64,000 bases of DNA from an uncultured virus (IMG/VR IMGVR_UViG_3300008339_000033) (IMGVR_UViG_3300008339_000033), one strand, 5' to 3'. Positions 1-9,844 are shown, numbered from the stretch's first letter. The notes: a model not told the origin generated them from the letters alone. Translations and numbers: made by a program.

Positions 1-618
1 AACGAACTTAAATTGATAGTTTGAGTGTTCCATGATGCGTTTGATAGCATCAGGATTGATACGTTGTTTTTCAGCTAGACCTGAGTTGGATAGTTTAGGT
101 GAGCAGTTGATTTGATGTAAATATTTCCATAGCATATCATCAATATAAACTGTACCATTAGTTTCTATTTCATTATATTCAGTTATATCGATATCTGATC
201 TTGTCCAAGTATTTAAGAAATTACTAATGGCTTCTTGGTGTCCTTTAATTGTAGGTTCACCACCAGTCCAAATAATGTGGATAGTACCATTTTTAACATC
301 CTCATAAATGCCTTGTTCTTTCCATTGATCGATTAGATATTGGAAGTCTTTTTCTTCACCTCTCCATAACCATTGAGATGTACTATCGCAGGTCCATGTG
401 GCTTTACCTTCTAGCTCTAAATCACCTTTGAATATCTCCCCATCTTCTAATGATTTATCTTTCATTAGTTGATTGGCAAACTTACGAGACATACCGCAGG
501 TTAAGTTACAGATTCCTAAGCGAACAAAGTATGAAGGAATACCCGTAGATATTCCCTCACCTTGTACACTATAAAAGTCTGAGCTTATTAATAGTTTATT
601 TGGATTAATTGCGCTCAT
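1..618 (-). CDS. queE: 7-carboxy-7-deazaguanine synthase QueE (radical SAM); runs off the left edge and is missing from the ORF track
   Basis: Manual translation from ATG 618: MSAINPNKLLISSDFYSVQGEGISTGIPSYFVRLGICNLTC...WTCDS...IIWTGGEPT...IETNGT...NCSPKLSNSG. These are typical QueE motifs. The start overlaps the queD stop (TAATG). Confidence 0.92.
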   Translation of the reverse strand, partial: MSAINPNKLLISSDFYSVQGEGISTGIPSYFVRLGICNLTCGMSRKFANQLMKDKSLEDGEIFKGDLELEGKATWTCDSTSQWLWRGEEKDFQYLIDQWKEQGIYEDVKNGTIHIIWTGGEPTIKGHQEAISNFLNTWTRSDIDITEYNEIETNGTVYIDDMLWKYLHQINCSPKLSNSGLAEKQRINPDAIKRIMEHSNYQFKFV

Positions 619-1310
619 TAGAATACTAATTCAGGAGTTACTGTTTTTGGTTTAAAGTATGATTCTAAAAAACTTTTAGGGTAAAGTAAAACTTGACCTT
701 TATATGTTTTAGTTTGAACTTCACGTACATTTATAGATACTTTAAGTTTAGTTGCTACTTCAGCAACCTTTTTACCTAGTTCACTACCTGCAGGACGTCC
801 TAAATAATCATACAGTGATAACATTTCTTCTTTTTTTGTTGTATTTTGAGTTTCCATATAACTTGCTGAGTTTCTATCGTGTTCGTAAACTTCTACTTTT
901 ATGGCTCGTACACGGCCTTTTGTTTCTTCTTTTAAAAATCTATTAATTTGTCTATAAAGATATTCTGCAAAACGTTCACATCCTGTAGCAGGAAGTACTC
1001 GTAATTGAATAATACCATCTTTATCCATTTGCACAAATTTATCTAGATATGGATCATCTGATGCTACAATTGTGGTATGATCAAGTAGATATGTAAAGAA
1101 ATCTTTAGGTGATTTACCTCCAATTTTATGTTTAGCACGCTTCATACCTCCAAAATCCCATACCCAGTTACGTTCATCTAGATCTCCTTCGAACCATACT
1201 CTAAAAGATACAGCATATCCATGAAGATATTTACAATGAGTACTATCTGCTTTCCATTGACGAAAACATGTACTGAATCCATCAAATAATTTGGTTGATT
1301 GGAATTTCAT
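618..1310 (-). CDS. queD: 6-carboxytetrahydropterin synthase QueD with an extra ~75 aa C-terminal domain
   Basis: HCKYLHGY, WDFG, LDH, ERFAEY and VEVYEH..NSASY motifs; lies between queE and queC. Confidence 0.9.
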   Translation of the reverse strand: MKFQSTKLFDGFSTCFRQWKADSTHCKYLHGYAVSFRVWFEGDLDERNWVWDFGGMKRAKHKIGGKSPKDFFTYLLDHTTIVASDDPYLDKFVQMDKDGIIQLRVLPATGCERFAEYLYRQINRFLKEETKGRVRAIKVEVYEHDRNSASYMETQNTTKKEEMLSLYDYLGRPAGSELGKKVAEVATKLKVSINVREVQTKTYKGQVLLYPKSFLESYFKPKTVTPELVF

Positions 1311-1311
1311 A

Positions 1312-1590
1312 TTAGGAATTTCTTTGTTTTACGATATCAACAAATTCATCTAATGTTCTCCATTGAACTAGTTGATGATCAGCATCCATATCCTCAGGTT
1401 GATCTCGTACAACTTCTGCCAAAAGCATTTCGCCATTAGATGATTTACCAATTGCTACGAATCCAAAACCTTCACAAATGGTATTAACCATTGAATCAGG
1501 TTCAAGATTAGCAAATTCTTCCAAAATGTCGAAATCCCAAGGGAGTTCAGAATCAAATGCTTCGCAGTACTGTCTTGAAAATTCTGCCAT
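1312..1590 (-). CDS. hypothetical acidic protein
   Basis: 92 aa ORF tightly packed in the operon. Confidence 0.7.
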   Translation of the reverse strand: MAEFSRQYCEAFDSELPWDFDILEEFANLEPDSMVNTICEGFGFVAIGKSSNGEMLLAEVVRDQPEDMDADHQLVQWRTLDEFVDIVKQRNS

Positions 1591-1603
1591 AATTTTTAGT
1601 TGT

Positions 1604-1849
1604 TTAGTTTATAAAATTGATTATTTCGTTTAACGTTTTAACTCCTGTAAATCTACGAATCTCTTGTTGATTATCCCCGACTAATACTACTGTAGGAATA
1701 TTTCTTACTCCAAATCTTTGAACCATTTCTGGTGATGAATCAACATCAATTTTGTTAATATTGATATGTTGTCCTACTTGTTCCATAATTGGACCTAGTG
1801 TTCTACATGGTCCACACCATCCTGCTGAAAAATATAATAATTGTTTCAT
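1604..1849 (-). CDS. trxA: thioredoxin
   Basis: WCGPC active site; cis-Pro motif in VRNIPT. Confidence 0.92.
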   Translation of the reverse strand: MKQLLYFSAGWCGPCRTLGPIMEQVGQHININKIDVDSSPEMVQRFGVRNIPTVVLVGDNQQEIRRFTGVKTLNEIINFIN

Positions 1850-1854
1850 TATGT

Positions 1855-2319
1855 TTAGTTTTTTATTTTTAAATAATCTTCTATGGTAATTTTAGTATTT
1901 CTTTCCAAATAATGAAATTCTCTATGACAATTTGAGCAGAGAGGAATACATTTTTCAATTTCTTTAAAAGTATCTTCTATAGATTTATATTGCCAAGCAT
2001 TACCTATTGCTATAGATTTGGTGGTAGGATCAATATGATGAAAATCTAAAAGATAATATCTAGTTTCTTTACATTTAGAACAGCATAATGTTTGTTTATA
2101 TTCATTTACTGTTTCTTTATATTTTCGTTTAAATTCTTTTTGATATTCTCTCCATTGATCCTTATTCTTATTATAATTAGCTTTAGTAGTTTCTCTTACA
2201 CATGCTTTACAATAATATTCCCACCCATCTTTTTTACTTTTTCTATGATGCCAAAATTCTTCAGTTAATGGTTTATCACTATTACACTTAGTACAATGTT
2301 TTATCTCCATAATTGTCAT
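1855..2319 (-). mobile_element. free-standing HNH homing endonuclease (start 2319 or 2310)
   Basis: N-terminal CxxC...CxxC; CSKC...LDFHHID...LCSNCHREFH. Inserted in the que cluster with its own late-type promoter. Confidence 0.82.
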
Positions 2320-2362
2320 TTATAATAAATATGTGACAATCCCTTAGAAATAATGGTCACTA

Positions 2363-3172
2363 CTATTTATTTTTCCATTTTTCTAAAATACTTTTAACAT
2401 AAGTTTTAACAACATCCCAACTTACTTCACCATTTTCATCTTCATATTGAATAGGGTCAGGATGACCTAGTTGAATAAATGCTTCGATACGTTCTACTGA
2501 AGATGCTGATTTATAGTCACTATTACCTGATGGGTATGGTTTATAACTTGTGTTAGTACGCCGGTATATTTCATTAAAATCTAATTCCAATTCTTGACAT
2601 ATTTCATACCCAGCTTCTAAGATAGAAGCTTTATCAATAAGTAAATAAGGAGTATAATAATTTACTTTCTCAGAACCCCAATTACCTAATTTAAATGCTT
2701 CTAAATCTGCATCTCTAAATTCAGGTCTACAGTCGGGGTAAACACTTTCGTCTCCTTTATGTATTCCCATTGCAACATCTACAAAGCAATTATGTTTTTC
2801 AGCAATAGATAAAGCAATAGCTTGAGTAATTGAACTAAAAATTTTATTGCGATTAGGTACTACTGTTGCTTTCATATTATCATCAGCATAGTGACCTTCA
2901 GGTACTTCATCACCTCCAGTTACTAATGTTGAATTTAATAATTGTGATAAACCATCTAGTTTAATTACTTGATATGTAATATCATTTTCAAAACCTTGAG
3001 ATGTCAAATAATCTATTAAAGATTGAGCTCGTTCTAACTCAACTTTATGTTTTTGACCATAGTCAAATGATACACACGTTACTTGATAATCATAATTTAA
3101 TAGATGTAGCAATAAAGTGCTACTATCCATTCCACCTGAGAGTGATAGTACTGCTTGTTTCTTCATAGTCAT
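2363..3172 (-). CDS. queC: 7-cyano-7-deazaguanine synthase QueC
   Basis: SLSGGMDSST PP-loop, SFDYGQKH, TVVPNRN, YPDCRPEF. Confidence 0.95.
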   Translation of the reverse strand: MTMKKQAVLSLSGGMDSSTLLLHLLNYDYQVTCVSFDYGQKHKVELERAQSLIDYLTSQGFENDITYQVIKLDGLSQLLNSTLVTGGDEVPEGHYADDNMKATVVPNRNKIFSSITQAIALSIAEKHNCFVDVAMGIHKGDESVYPDCRPEFRDADLEAFKLGNWGSEKVNYYTPYLLIDKASILEAGYEICQELELDFNEIYRRTNTSYKPYPSGNSDYKSASSVERIEAFIQLGHPDPIQYEDENGEVSWDVVKTYVKSILEKWKNK

Positions 3173-3363
3173 TGTTTAATCAATTTATATTCATCAAGAT
3201 ACGATTTTTTTGCAAAGAATCCAAGATTAATTAAATCTTCCTGTGTAATAAAATCTCTATTATCCCATATTGTTTTTAGTATCTCAGCCAATTCAGTGTC
3301 ATAAGGACGATTAAATTCTGCTCGGGCTTTATTTCCTAAATAAATTGTTTTAACAGTATGCAT
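3169..3363 (-). CDS. hypothetical protein
   Basis: 64 aa; start and stop overlap both neighbours. Confidence 0.6.
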   Translation of the reverse strand: MHTVKTIYLGNKARAEFNRPYDTELAEILKTIWDNRDFITQEDLINLGFFAKKSYLDEYKLIKQ

Positions 3364-4187
3364 TATAAGTTATTTAAGGTTTTAAAATAGAGTACATTTT
3401 GGTTTAAAAGATCAAGATTAATTAGAGATAAATCTATTTCCATAACATCATCAATTCTAGTTACTGGTTTAGTTTCTAATCCAAATTTAGTATATTCTAG
3501 TCCTTCAATTGAAGCCATGATAGGATTAGAAGTATCGATAGTACTAATAATATTTCTAATTTCTTTTTCATAAAACGAAAATTCTTGAGGTAATTGACAT
3601 CCTAATAAATGAATATTATCGTGTTCATCTAAAAATCCTAATTCAAATAACCAAGTTATAAATTCAATCCTTCCTAACATAGTTCTAACATGAGTATTTC
3701 TTTCACTATGAGGAGTACTATAATTAACCATATCTTTATACCAAGAAGCACCATAAGAGAAAGCAATCTTTTTGTATCCTAAATGGTTTTTATAAATAGA
3801 AAAACACTCTAATGCTTCTTCTTTACTATTACCTTGTACTACAGGAATAAAAACTGTATCAGGAAATTGTTCTTGATATTGAGACCAAGCTTTAGCTGAT
3901 ACTAATGATTGATTTTTATCTTGCCAGTAATCTGGGATAAAGAATTCTTGTGGTTTTAATTCTTCTAGCCAATATAATAATCGGTCTTTTGAATAGGGAG
4001 TTCCTAACTCGTGTAGTGAATTATCCATCATAATATGAATACCTTCATCTCTACATTTCAGAAAAAAATTTTTATATTCCTCATACTTATCCATTAAGTG
4101 AGGTAAGCAATATTGATAATCGTTGTATTGTCTGCTATGTTCTAGCAAACACAGGGGTACTTCATGTGATGATTTAATTTTCTTCAT
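3363..4187 (-). CDS. dpdA: TGT-fold DNA transglycosylase, DpdA-like (inserts 7-deazaguanine into DNA)
   Basis: IMMDNS (first catalytic Asp), FIPD, FIPVVQG, IHLLG, STIDTSNP (second Asp); next to queC/D/E. Confidence 0.75.
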   Translation of the reverse strand: MKKIKSSHEVPLCLLEHSRQYNDYQYCLPHLMDKYEEYKNFFLKCRDEGIHIMMDNSLHELGTPYSKDRLLYWLEELKPQEFFIPDYWQDKNQSLVSAKAWSQYQEQFPDTVFIPVVQGNSKEEALECFSIYKNHLGYKKIAFSYGASWYKDMVNYSTPHSERNTHVRTMLGRIEFITWLFELGFLDEHDNIHLLGCQLPQEFSFYEKEIRNIISTIDTSNPIMASIEGLEYTKFGLETKPVTRIDDVMEIDLSLINLDLLNQNVLYFKTLNNL

Positions 4188-4191
4188 ATTA

Positions 4192-4692
4192 TTATTTATT
4201 ATTTAACCATTTTGGATATTCACTAAACATTTCTTCTATTGTACCTTCAAATGTATCAATAAAATAATCAGTATCATACTTATTTCCACCAAAACTTCTC
4301 CTTAATTCTTTTTTTATATCGTCTATACGAGCGGCTTCATCCAACTGCGCATCTTCGTATAATTTTTTCAAACGGCGATTATATGACGTTATAATGTCGC
4401 GTTCTTGTTGGTATAAGCTGTCACGGCCACCAGTATGTTGTTCTCTAAGTTTTAAAACATCCTCCATCATCCAATAATATTCATATTGAATTTGTTTCCA
4501 ATATGGAGAATAATCAAAATCTCCATTTTTCATTTTATCTCTATATGAGGTAGAAACAGGGAGATTTTTATGTGTAGGATACCTACGCCACCAAATATAA
4601 ACATTTGAGTTCCTGTTTGTTGGTTTTAAAGGAACTTTAACTGTAATAGTTTGGTTAAACTCAGTTTTTAGGGCTTCTATAACCTTATTCAT
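4192..4692 (-). CDS. hypothetical protein
   Basis: 166 aa ORF directly after an early-type promoter. Confidence 0.7.
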   Translation of the reverse strand: MNKVIEALKTEFNQTITVKVPLKPTNRNSNVYIWWRRYPTHKNLPVSTSYRDKMKNGDFDYSPYWKQIQYEYYWMMEDVLKLREQHTGGRDSLYQQERDIITSYNRRLKKLYEDAQLDEAARIDDIKKELRRSFGGNKYDTDYFIDTFEGTIEEMFSEYPKWLNNK

Positions 4693-4696
4693 GATG

Positions 4697-4729
4697 TAAA
4701 GATAATAACTTGTTTTTATTAAAACCAGC
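4697..4729 (-). promoter_or_regulatory. host-type (Bacteroidota sigma70-like) promoter for the dpdA/que operon
   Basis: TATCTTTA -7 box at 4697-4704; weak -33 element. Confidence 0.55.
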
Positions 4730-5368
4730 TTAAGTATTTTTCCAGTTCATTTTTTGCTCATGTTCTCCAAAATAACCATTATTGTCTAGTAAAGTCATTT
4801 GGTGAAATCCTGCAAACTTAATATTATTTTTATATAACCATTCTGTTAAACCAAATGGACCTATAGGTTCTGTTTTATGTATTTTTAATTCCTGAGTATG
4901 TGTATAGATTTCTCCATCATACTTTAGGTCTGTTCTATTTTTACAGAAATTAATACATGATCCTAGTATATTAGGTTTACTTATTATAAAGGGGTCATCC
5001 ATTAATTCTACTAATTTACCATTTATTTGAATAGGATTATTATCTAAAATAGTTAGTATTAAATCATGATGCCCAAATTCAAAATCATTTAGTATTTTGA
5101 TAAAAGGTATTTTCCATTTTATATCAAAATCAGTATAAATTCCCCCAAACTTATGTAGAACTAAATATTTTAATAAATTACATCTACAAGCAAATGTTAA
5201 AGTTGACCAATATTCTAATAACTCGTATTCCTTTAATAAATCAAAACAGTCTTGATTTTTCCAAATTTGAAATTGAAAACTTGGATTTAAAGCAACACAT
5301 TTTCGAAAATTGTTCAAATAAGGGATAGGTACTTCATCAGTACCTACCCAAATATAATGAACTATCAT
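4730..5368 (-). CDS. glycosyltransferase, GT32/DXD (Och1/TcdA-like) family
   Basis: IVHYIWVG, LKYLVLHKFGGIYTDFD, GPFGLT. Confidence 0.85.
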   Translation of the reverse strand: MIVHYIWVGTDEVPIPYLNNFRKCVALNPSFQFQIWKNQDCFDLLKEYELLEYWSTLTFACRCNLLKYLVLHKFGGIYTDFDIKWKIPFIKILNDFEFGHHDLILTILDNNPIQINGKLVELMDDPFIISKPNILGSCINFCKNRTDLKYDGEIYTHTQELKIHKTEPIGPFGLTEWLYKNNIKFAGFHQMTLLDNNGYFGEHEQKMNWKNT

Positions 5369-5376
5369 AAAACTTA

Positions 5377-5727
5377 TTATGAATGTTCTCTTAGTTTATC
5401 CATTAATTGTTCAATTTCGCCTTTATCTAAACCAAAATTATCTTTTATTGTTTCTATATCTTCTTTAGAAACAATACATTGTTCTGGGGTCCAGTTTTCT
5501 GAAAGAGCAGTAGTATAAAGTGCATAGAAAAAATAAAAATTATTTAAAGGACTAAAATGAACATCTCCATTTGGATTTACATCAACATTCCAATAATCAC
5601 ATAACTCTACTAATTGATAAAATTTTTTATATTCATCAGAGTTAACAATATAATTTATTGGTCTATTAATCTTAATCTCTTTTTGTAGTTCTTCTTTAAT
5701 GATTTTTTGAAGTTCAGATTTTTTCAT
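5377..5727 (-). CDS. hypothetical protein with N-terminal KKSELQKIIKEE motif (possible head protein)
   Basis: Motif shared with other ORFs in the window; late-type promoter variant at 5738-5746. Confidence 0.65.
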   Translation of the reverse strand: MKKSELQKIIKEELQKEIKINRPINYIVNSDEYKKFYQLVELCDYWNVDVNPNGDVHFSPLNNFYFFYALYTTALSENWTPEQCIVSKEDIETIKDNFGLDKGEIEQLMDKLREHS

Positions 5728-5745
5728 ACTATTTTATCATAAATA

Positions 5746-7470
5746 CTAACTTTCACATGCGACACAATCAGCCAATCTATCTAAATTATCCCCTCTTAAT
5801 ACACTTTCAGTACGTAAATAATATAGAGTTTTGATTCCTAAATTATGTGCTTCTTTATGTACTTGTGAAATCCATTTTGGTGTATCATTGGGATCAAAGC
5901 ATAAATTCAATGAAATAGCTTGATCAACATATTTTTGTCTAATAGCATTTTGACGAACTATTTCTAACTGATTAATTTCTTTAAATGTTTTAAAAATTTC
6001 TTTTTCTTCATCACTTAAAATATAATCAGGTAACCCGTACACTGAACCTTGATCTTTTAATATTTGACTCCAAACACTTTCAATATTATAACCTTTTTCT
6101 TCCAATAATTTTTCTAAAATAGGGTTTTTCTTAATGAATACCCCTTTTGCTGTTTTTAAATTATAAACATTAGCTGGAATAGGTTCAATTGAAGGCGAAA
6201 CACCACCTGAAATATGAGCATTTGATACTGTTGGGGCAATTGCTAAATGGTGAGTATGTCTTAAACCAGTACCTTTACACCATTCAGGTTCTCCATATTG
6301 TTCTGCTTGAGCACGAGATGCTTTAAGTGCTTCAGTATGGATAAATTCTGAGATGATTCTAGTTTGGGCACTTGCTTGAATACCTACAAATGGTAAGCCT
6401 TTTGATTGTAGGTAAGTATGCCATCCTAAAACACCAATTCCAATTGCTCTTCCTTTAATAGCAGAACGAACTGTGTTTTCCATGAATTTAATATTTTTAG
6501 CTCTGTCAATAAATTCTTGTAATACACCTTCCAAAAACCAACATGTTAGTTCAGGTAATGTCATTCCATTTTCAAACTTATAATCTTTCCATTCATCCCA
6601 ACGAGCCAAATTTAATGAAGATAAACAGCAAATAAATGAGTGTAATTCATCTGTGTAAAGTGAAATTTCACTACAAATATTAGTCATTGAAACTTTTAAA
6701 TTGTTTTTCTTATATGCTTCAGGATTGTTATTATTTACATTATCCTCAAACATAATATAAGGTTCACCTGTTTCAAGACGAGTTTTAAGTATTTCACCCC
6801 AAAGTCGTAAAGCTTTAGGATCTTTATCTTCTAATTTTTGCATAAATTCATCATCAATTACTACACACTGATGTAGATTTAAACATTGACGATTTACATC
6901 TCCTTTAGGACGACGAATCATTAAAAATTCTTCAATGTCTTGGTGATTGATATTTAAATTTACGGATGCTGCTCCTCTACGTACTGAACCTTGGTTAGTA
7001 GCAATAATTGTAGAATCATAAATTTTAGCCCATGGAACTACCCCTTCACTTATACCATTATCTTTAATAGATTTACCTCTACCTCTAATACGAGATAATC
7101 CAATACCAACACCACCACCTTGAGATGATAAACGCATTAATTCTGAATTAGCATCAGCAATACCTTCAATACTATCTCCAACATCAATCCCGAAGCATGA
7201 GATAGGCATTCCACGTTCAGTACCTAGATTTGATAGTACTGGAGATGCTAGACATAGCCAGTTTTTAACCATTGCTTCAAAGAAAAATGGTTGTAAATCT
7301 TTACGTCTTAAACGACGTGCTGCTGCTTTACTTACTCGATTGAAAGCTCTAAACATATCTTCATCAGGGAGTAAATACCCTTTTGAAACCATAGAGATTC
7401 CTATTTCATCTAGCCATTCAGGGTAATTCTTACCCTTGACCCATTTACTTGTGTCTATTTGTATACTCAT
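5746..7470 (-). CDS. nrdA: ribonucleotide reductase class Ia alpha subunit (likely start MSIQ at 7470)
   Basis: PISCF, TNICSEI, ICCLSSLN, IAPTVS, TLYYLR, C-terminal CVACES. Confidence 0.95.
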   Translation of the reverse strand: MSIQIDTSKWVKGKNYPEWLDEIGISMVSKGYLLPDEDMFRAFNRVSKAAARRLRRKDLQPFFFEAMVKNWLCLASPVLSNLGTERGMPISCFGIDVGDSIEGIADANSELMRLSSQGGGVGIGLSRIRGRGKSIKDNGISEGVVPWAKIYDSTIIATNQGSVRRGAASVNLNINHQDIEEFLMIRRPKGDVNRQCLNLHQCVVIDDEFMQKLEDKDPKALRLWGEILKTRLETGEPYIMFEDNVNNNNPEAYKKNNLKVSMTNICSEISLYTDELHSFICCLSSLNLARWDEWKDYKFENGMTLPELTCWFLEGVLQEFIDRAKNIKFMENTVRSAIKGRAIGIGVLGWHTYLQSKGLPFVGIQASAQTRIISEFIHTEALKASRAQAEQYGEPEWCKGTGLRHTHHLAIAPTVSNAHISGGVSPSIEPIPANVYNLKTAKGVFIKKNPILEKLLEEKGYNIESVWSQILKDQGSVYGLPDYILSDEEKEIFKTFKEINQLEIVRQNAIRQKYVDQAISLNLCFDPNDTPKWISQVHKEAHNLGIKTLYYLRTESVLRGDNLDRLADCVACES

Positions 7471-7484
7471 AATGTTTAAATGTT

Positions 7485-8435
7485 TTATAAATCTGTCCAA
7501 TCTGCTGTTGATTTAGAGTAACTTGTTACTCTCCCAGCAAAGAAATCTTGATGTGTTTTACCACTTGTTAAATGACCAAACCATTCCATTTGTTTTAATA
7601 AATTGGGATCAATATCATTATACAAAGGATTTAGTCCTAACTCAACCATTTTTTCATTAGCTCTTGCTTTAATGAAATTTTTTAACTGTTCTTTAGTTAA
7701 ACCCTCAATATTACCCATTTCAAAAGCTTTATCAATAAAATCAAATTCTAGTTTTACTGATAGCTCACAGGCTTCATTGACTGATTTAATTAATTTCCAA
7801 GCATTTAATTCTGGTTTTTCTTCTAATAACTTTTTAAATAACCAGCAACCTGCTTTTGAATGTAAACTTTCATCTCTTACAGACCATTCAACTATTTGAC
7901 CCATACCTTTCATTAAATTTCTAAGCTGAAATGACATTAAAATAGCAAATGAGGAAAATAGGTTTACTCCTTCTGTAAATGCTGAAAATACTGCTAATGA
8001 AATTGCTTTTTCTTCTAGTGTGTTTCCTGGGGTACTGATTAGTCGTTCTATTTTATTTTTAGAAACTTCATCTTCCATAAAGGCTTCAAAATTATCTAAT
8101 CCTAAAGCCTCATTTAATAAGGAATATGCTTCTGCATGGATAGATTCAAATGAACCAAAAGTAACAGCCATGTGTTGAATTTCTGGTTTAGGAAACCAAT
8201 GACTAACTTTAGAGCTCCAATAATCTTCTACATAGGTTTCAGTTTGAGCAAATGCTCTTAAAATATTACCTATTAGATTCTTTTCAGACTCATTTAATTT
8301 AAGTTTCCAATCATTTATATCTGATGCTAGTGGGACTTCTTCAGGTAACCAATGTACTCTTTGTTGATCTTTTAAAAAATTATATACTTCAGTATATTCA
8401 AATGGTTTGTAAAAGTATCTAGGTTCAGTTATCAT
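7485..8435 (-). CDS. nrdB: ribonucleotide reductase beta subunit
   Basis: HWLPEEV, ESIHAEAY, EGVNLFSSF, RDESLH, DFFAGRVTSY. Confidence 0.95.
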   Translation of the reverse strand: MITEPRYFYKPFEYTEVYNFLKDQQRVHWLPEEVPLASDINDWKLKLNESEKNLIGNILRAFAQTETYVEDYWSSKVSHWFPKPEIQHMAVTFGSFESIHAEAYSLLNEALGLDNFEAFMEDEVSKNKIERLISTPGNTLEEKAISLAVFSAFTEGVNLFSSFAILMSFQLRNLMKGMGQIVEWSVRDESLHSKAGCWLFKKLLEEKPELNAWKLIKSVNEACELSVKLEFDFIDKAFEMGNIEGLTKEQLKNFIKARANEKMVELGLNPLYNDIDPNLLKQMEWFGHLTSGKTHQDFFAGRVTSYSKSTADWTDL

Positions 8436-8451
8436 GTTAATAAATATTATT

Positions 8452-9840
8452 TTATCCGTTTTTACCTTCTAATTCAAAAAATTTCTTTCTCAAAGCATAT
8501 TTTTCGTCTTCATCAACATTACCATATCCACTACTGTTGTTAGCCTTTTGACTTTCCATCATCTCCATTTCCTCACTAATATTATCCATGATTTCTATTT
8601 TACCAATAGAAGTATCAATTTTAGAACTAAACGTCATACCATCAGGACCAAACCTGTTTTTCATAAAATGCCATCGACCTGTACCATTTAATTTGTCTTT
8701 ACGTTTTCTTGAAAGTGATAATGAAATATCTCCAATCATAATTTTATCATAAGAACCAGCAATTTTATCTGCTTCTAATACATCATCTTTAGCTCCTGCT
8801 CGGTTAATTTGAGAAGGTGAAATAATTGGAATTTTTAATTCTTTAGCTAAACCTTTAGCATCAGTAAATACATCATCAATTTCATCCTTACGTTCTTTTC
8901 GAGGTTTTCGAGTTTTTAGCAAATCAAGATAATCAATGAAAATAGCATCTGGGGTGAAATCATATAGAGATTTAAGTTTTTTCAAGTGTTGCTCAATAGT
9001 ATCTAATGAGGCTCTTCTTGGTGAATATTCCTTAATAATAATAGTTCCAGGAAGTGAATTAATTACTTCTTCTACTTTATCCCTATGATTAGATAATCTA
9101 TCTACTGGAATTTTAGTTAAATTAGCGTCAAAACGTTTACCTACATAAGATTCACCTAATTCTAAGGCATAGTAAACTATATTATAACCTAATGAGGCAG
9201 CATGAGCAGCCATATCCACGATAGCCCAAGATTTACCTCCTCCAGGATTACCAAAAATTAATACTAAGTCTCCTTTTCCATAACCGCCTTGAGTAACCTC
9301 ATTAAATTTAGGCCATGGAAATGGTATAGGAGCCCTATCTTCGTCTCGATATCTAGTTTCAATATCTTTTGTGTATTCGTGTCCGATTGTTTTGTCTTGT
9401 CCTGAACGTAATGCATTATCAATTAAGGTTCTAATAGAGTCATAATCTCCAAGTTTTAATAAGTCTACTGAGGATAATAAGGCTCCTTTTAAATTTTGAT
9501 TTTTACAGAATTTAGAGAATTCTTTTTGTACATATTCTAAATCTTTAGCTTCAGTTGATGCTTCATATGCTTCTTTTAATTGTTCTTTAATAGAAACTTT
9601 CAATACATCATTATCTAATTTTTTTAGCTCAATCTTTAATACCTCTATTGTAGGGGTAGTATGATATTTGTGGTAATATGATAGTATTTCTTTTAGAACC
9701 CACTTATGTGCTTGGTTACTAAAATGTTCTTCATCTAAAACATCATGTACATTATTTAAAAATTCTTTATTTGTTAATAAAGAAGCAATTACTTTAACCT
9801 GGAAATTAATTCCATAGCTTTCTAGAGATGATAGGGTCAT
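8452..9840 (-). CDS. replicative DnaB/gp41-like helicase
   Basis: GNPGGGKS Walker A, IFIDYLDLL, SPSQINR, KNRFG. Confidence 0.9.
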   Translation of the reverse strand: MTLSSLESYGINFQVKVIASLLTNKEFLNNVHDVLDEEHFSNQAHKWVLKEILSYYHKYHTTPTIEVLKIELKKLDNDVLKVSIKEQLKEAYEASTEAKDLEYVQKEFSKFCKNQNLKGALLSSVDLLKLGDYDSIRTLIDNALRSGQDKTIGHEYTKDIETRYRDEDRAPIPFPWPKFNEVTQGGYGKGDLVLIFGNPGGGKSWAIVDMAAHAASLGYNIVYYALELGESYVGKRFDANLTKIPVDRLSNHRDKVEEVINSLPGTIIIKEYSPRRASLDTIEQHLKKLKSLYDFTPDAIFIDYLDLLKTRKPRKERKDEIDDVFTDAKGLAKELKIPIISPSQINRAGAKDDVLEADKIAGSYDKIMIGDISLSLSRKRKDKLNGTGRWHFMKNRFGPDGMTFSSKIDTSIGKIEIMDNISEEMEMMESQKANNSSGYGNVDEDEKYALRKKFFELEGKNG

Positions 9841-9844
9841 GTTT

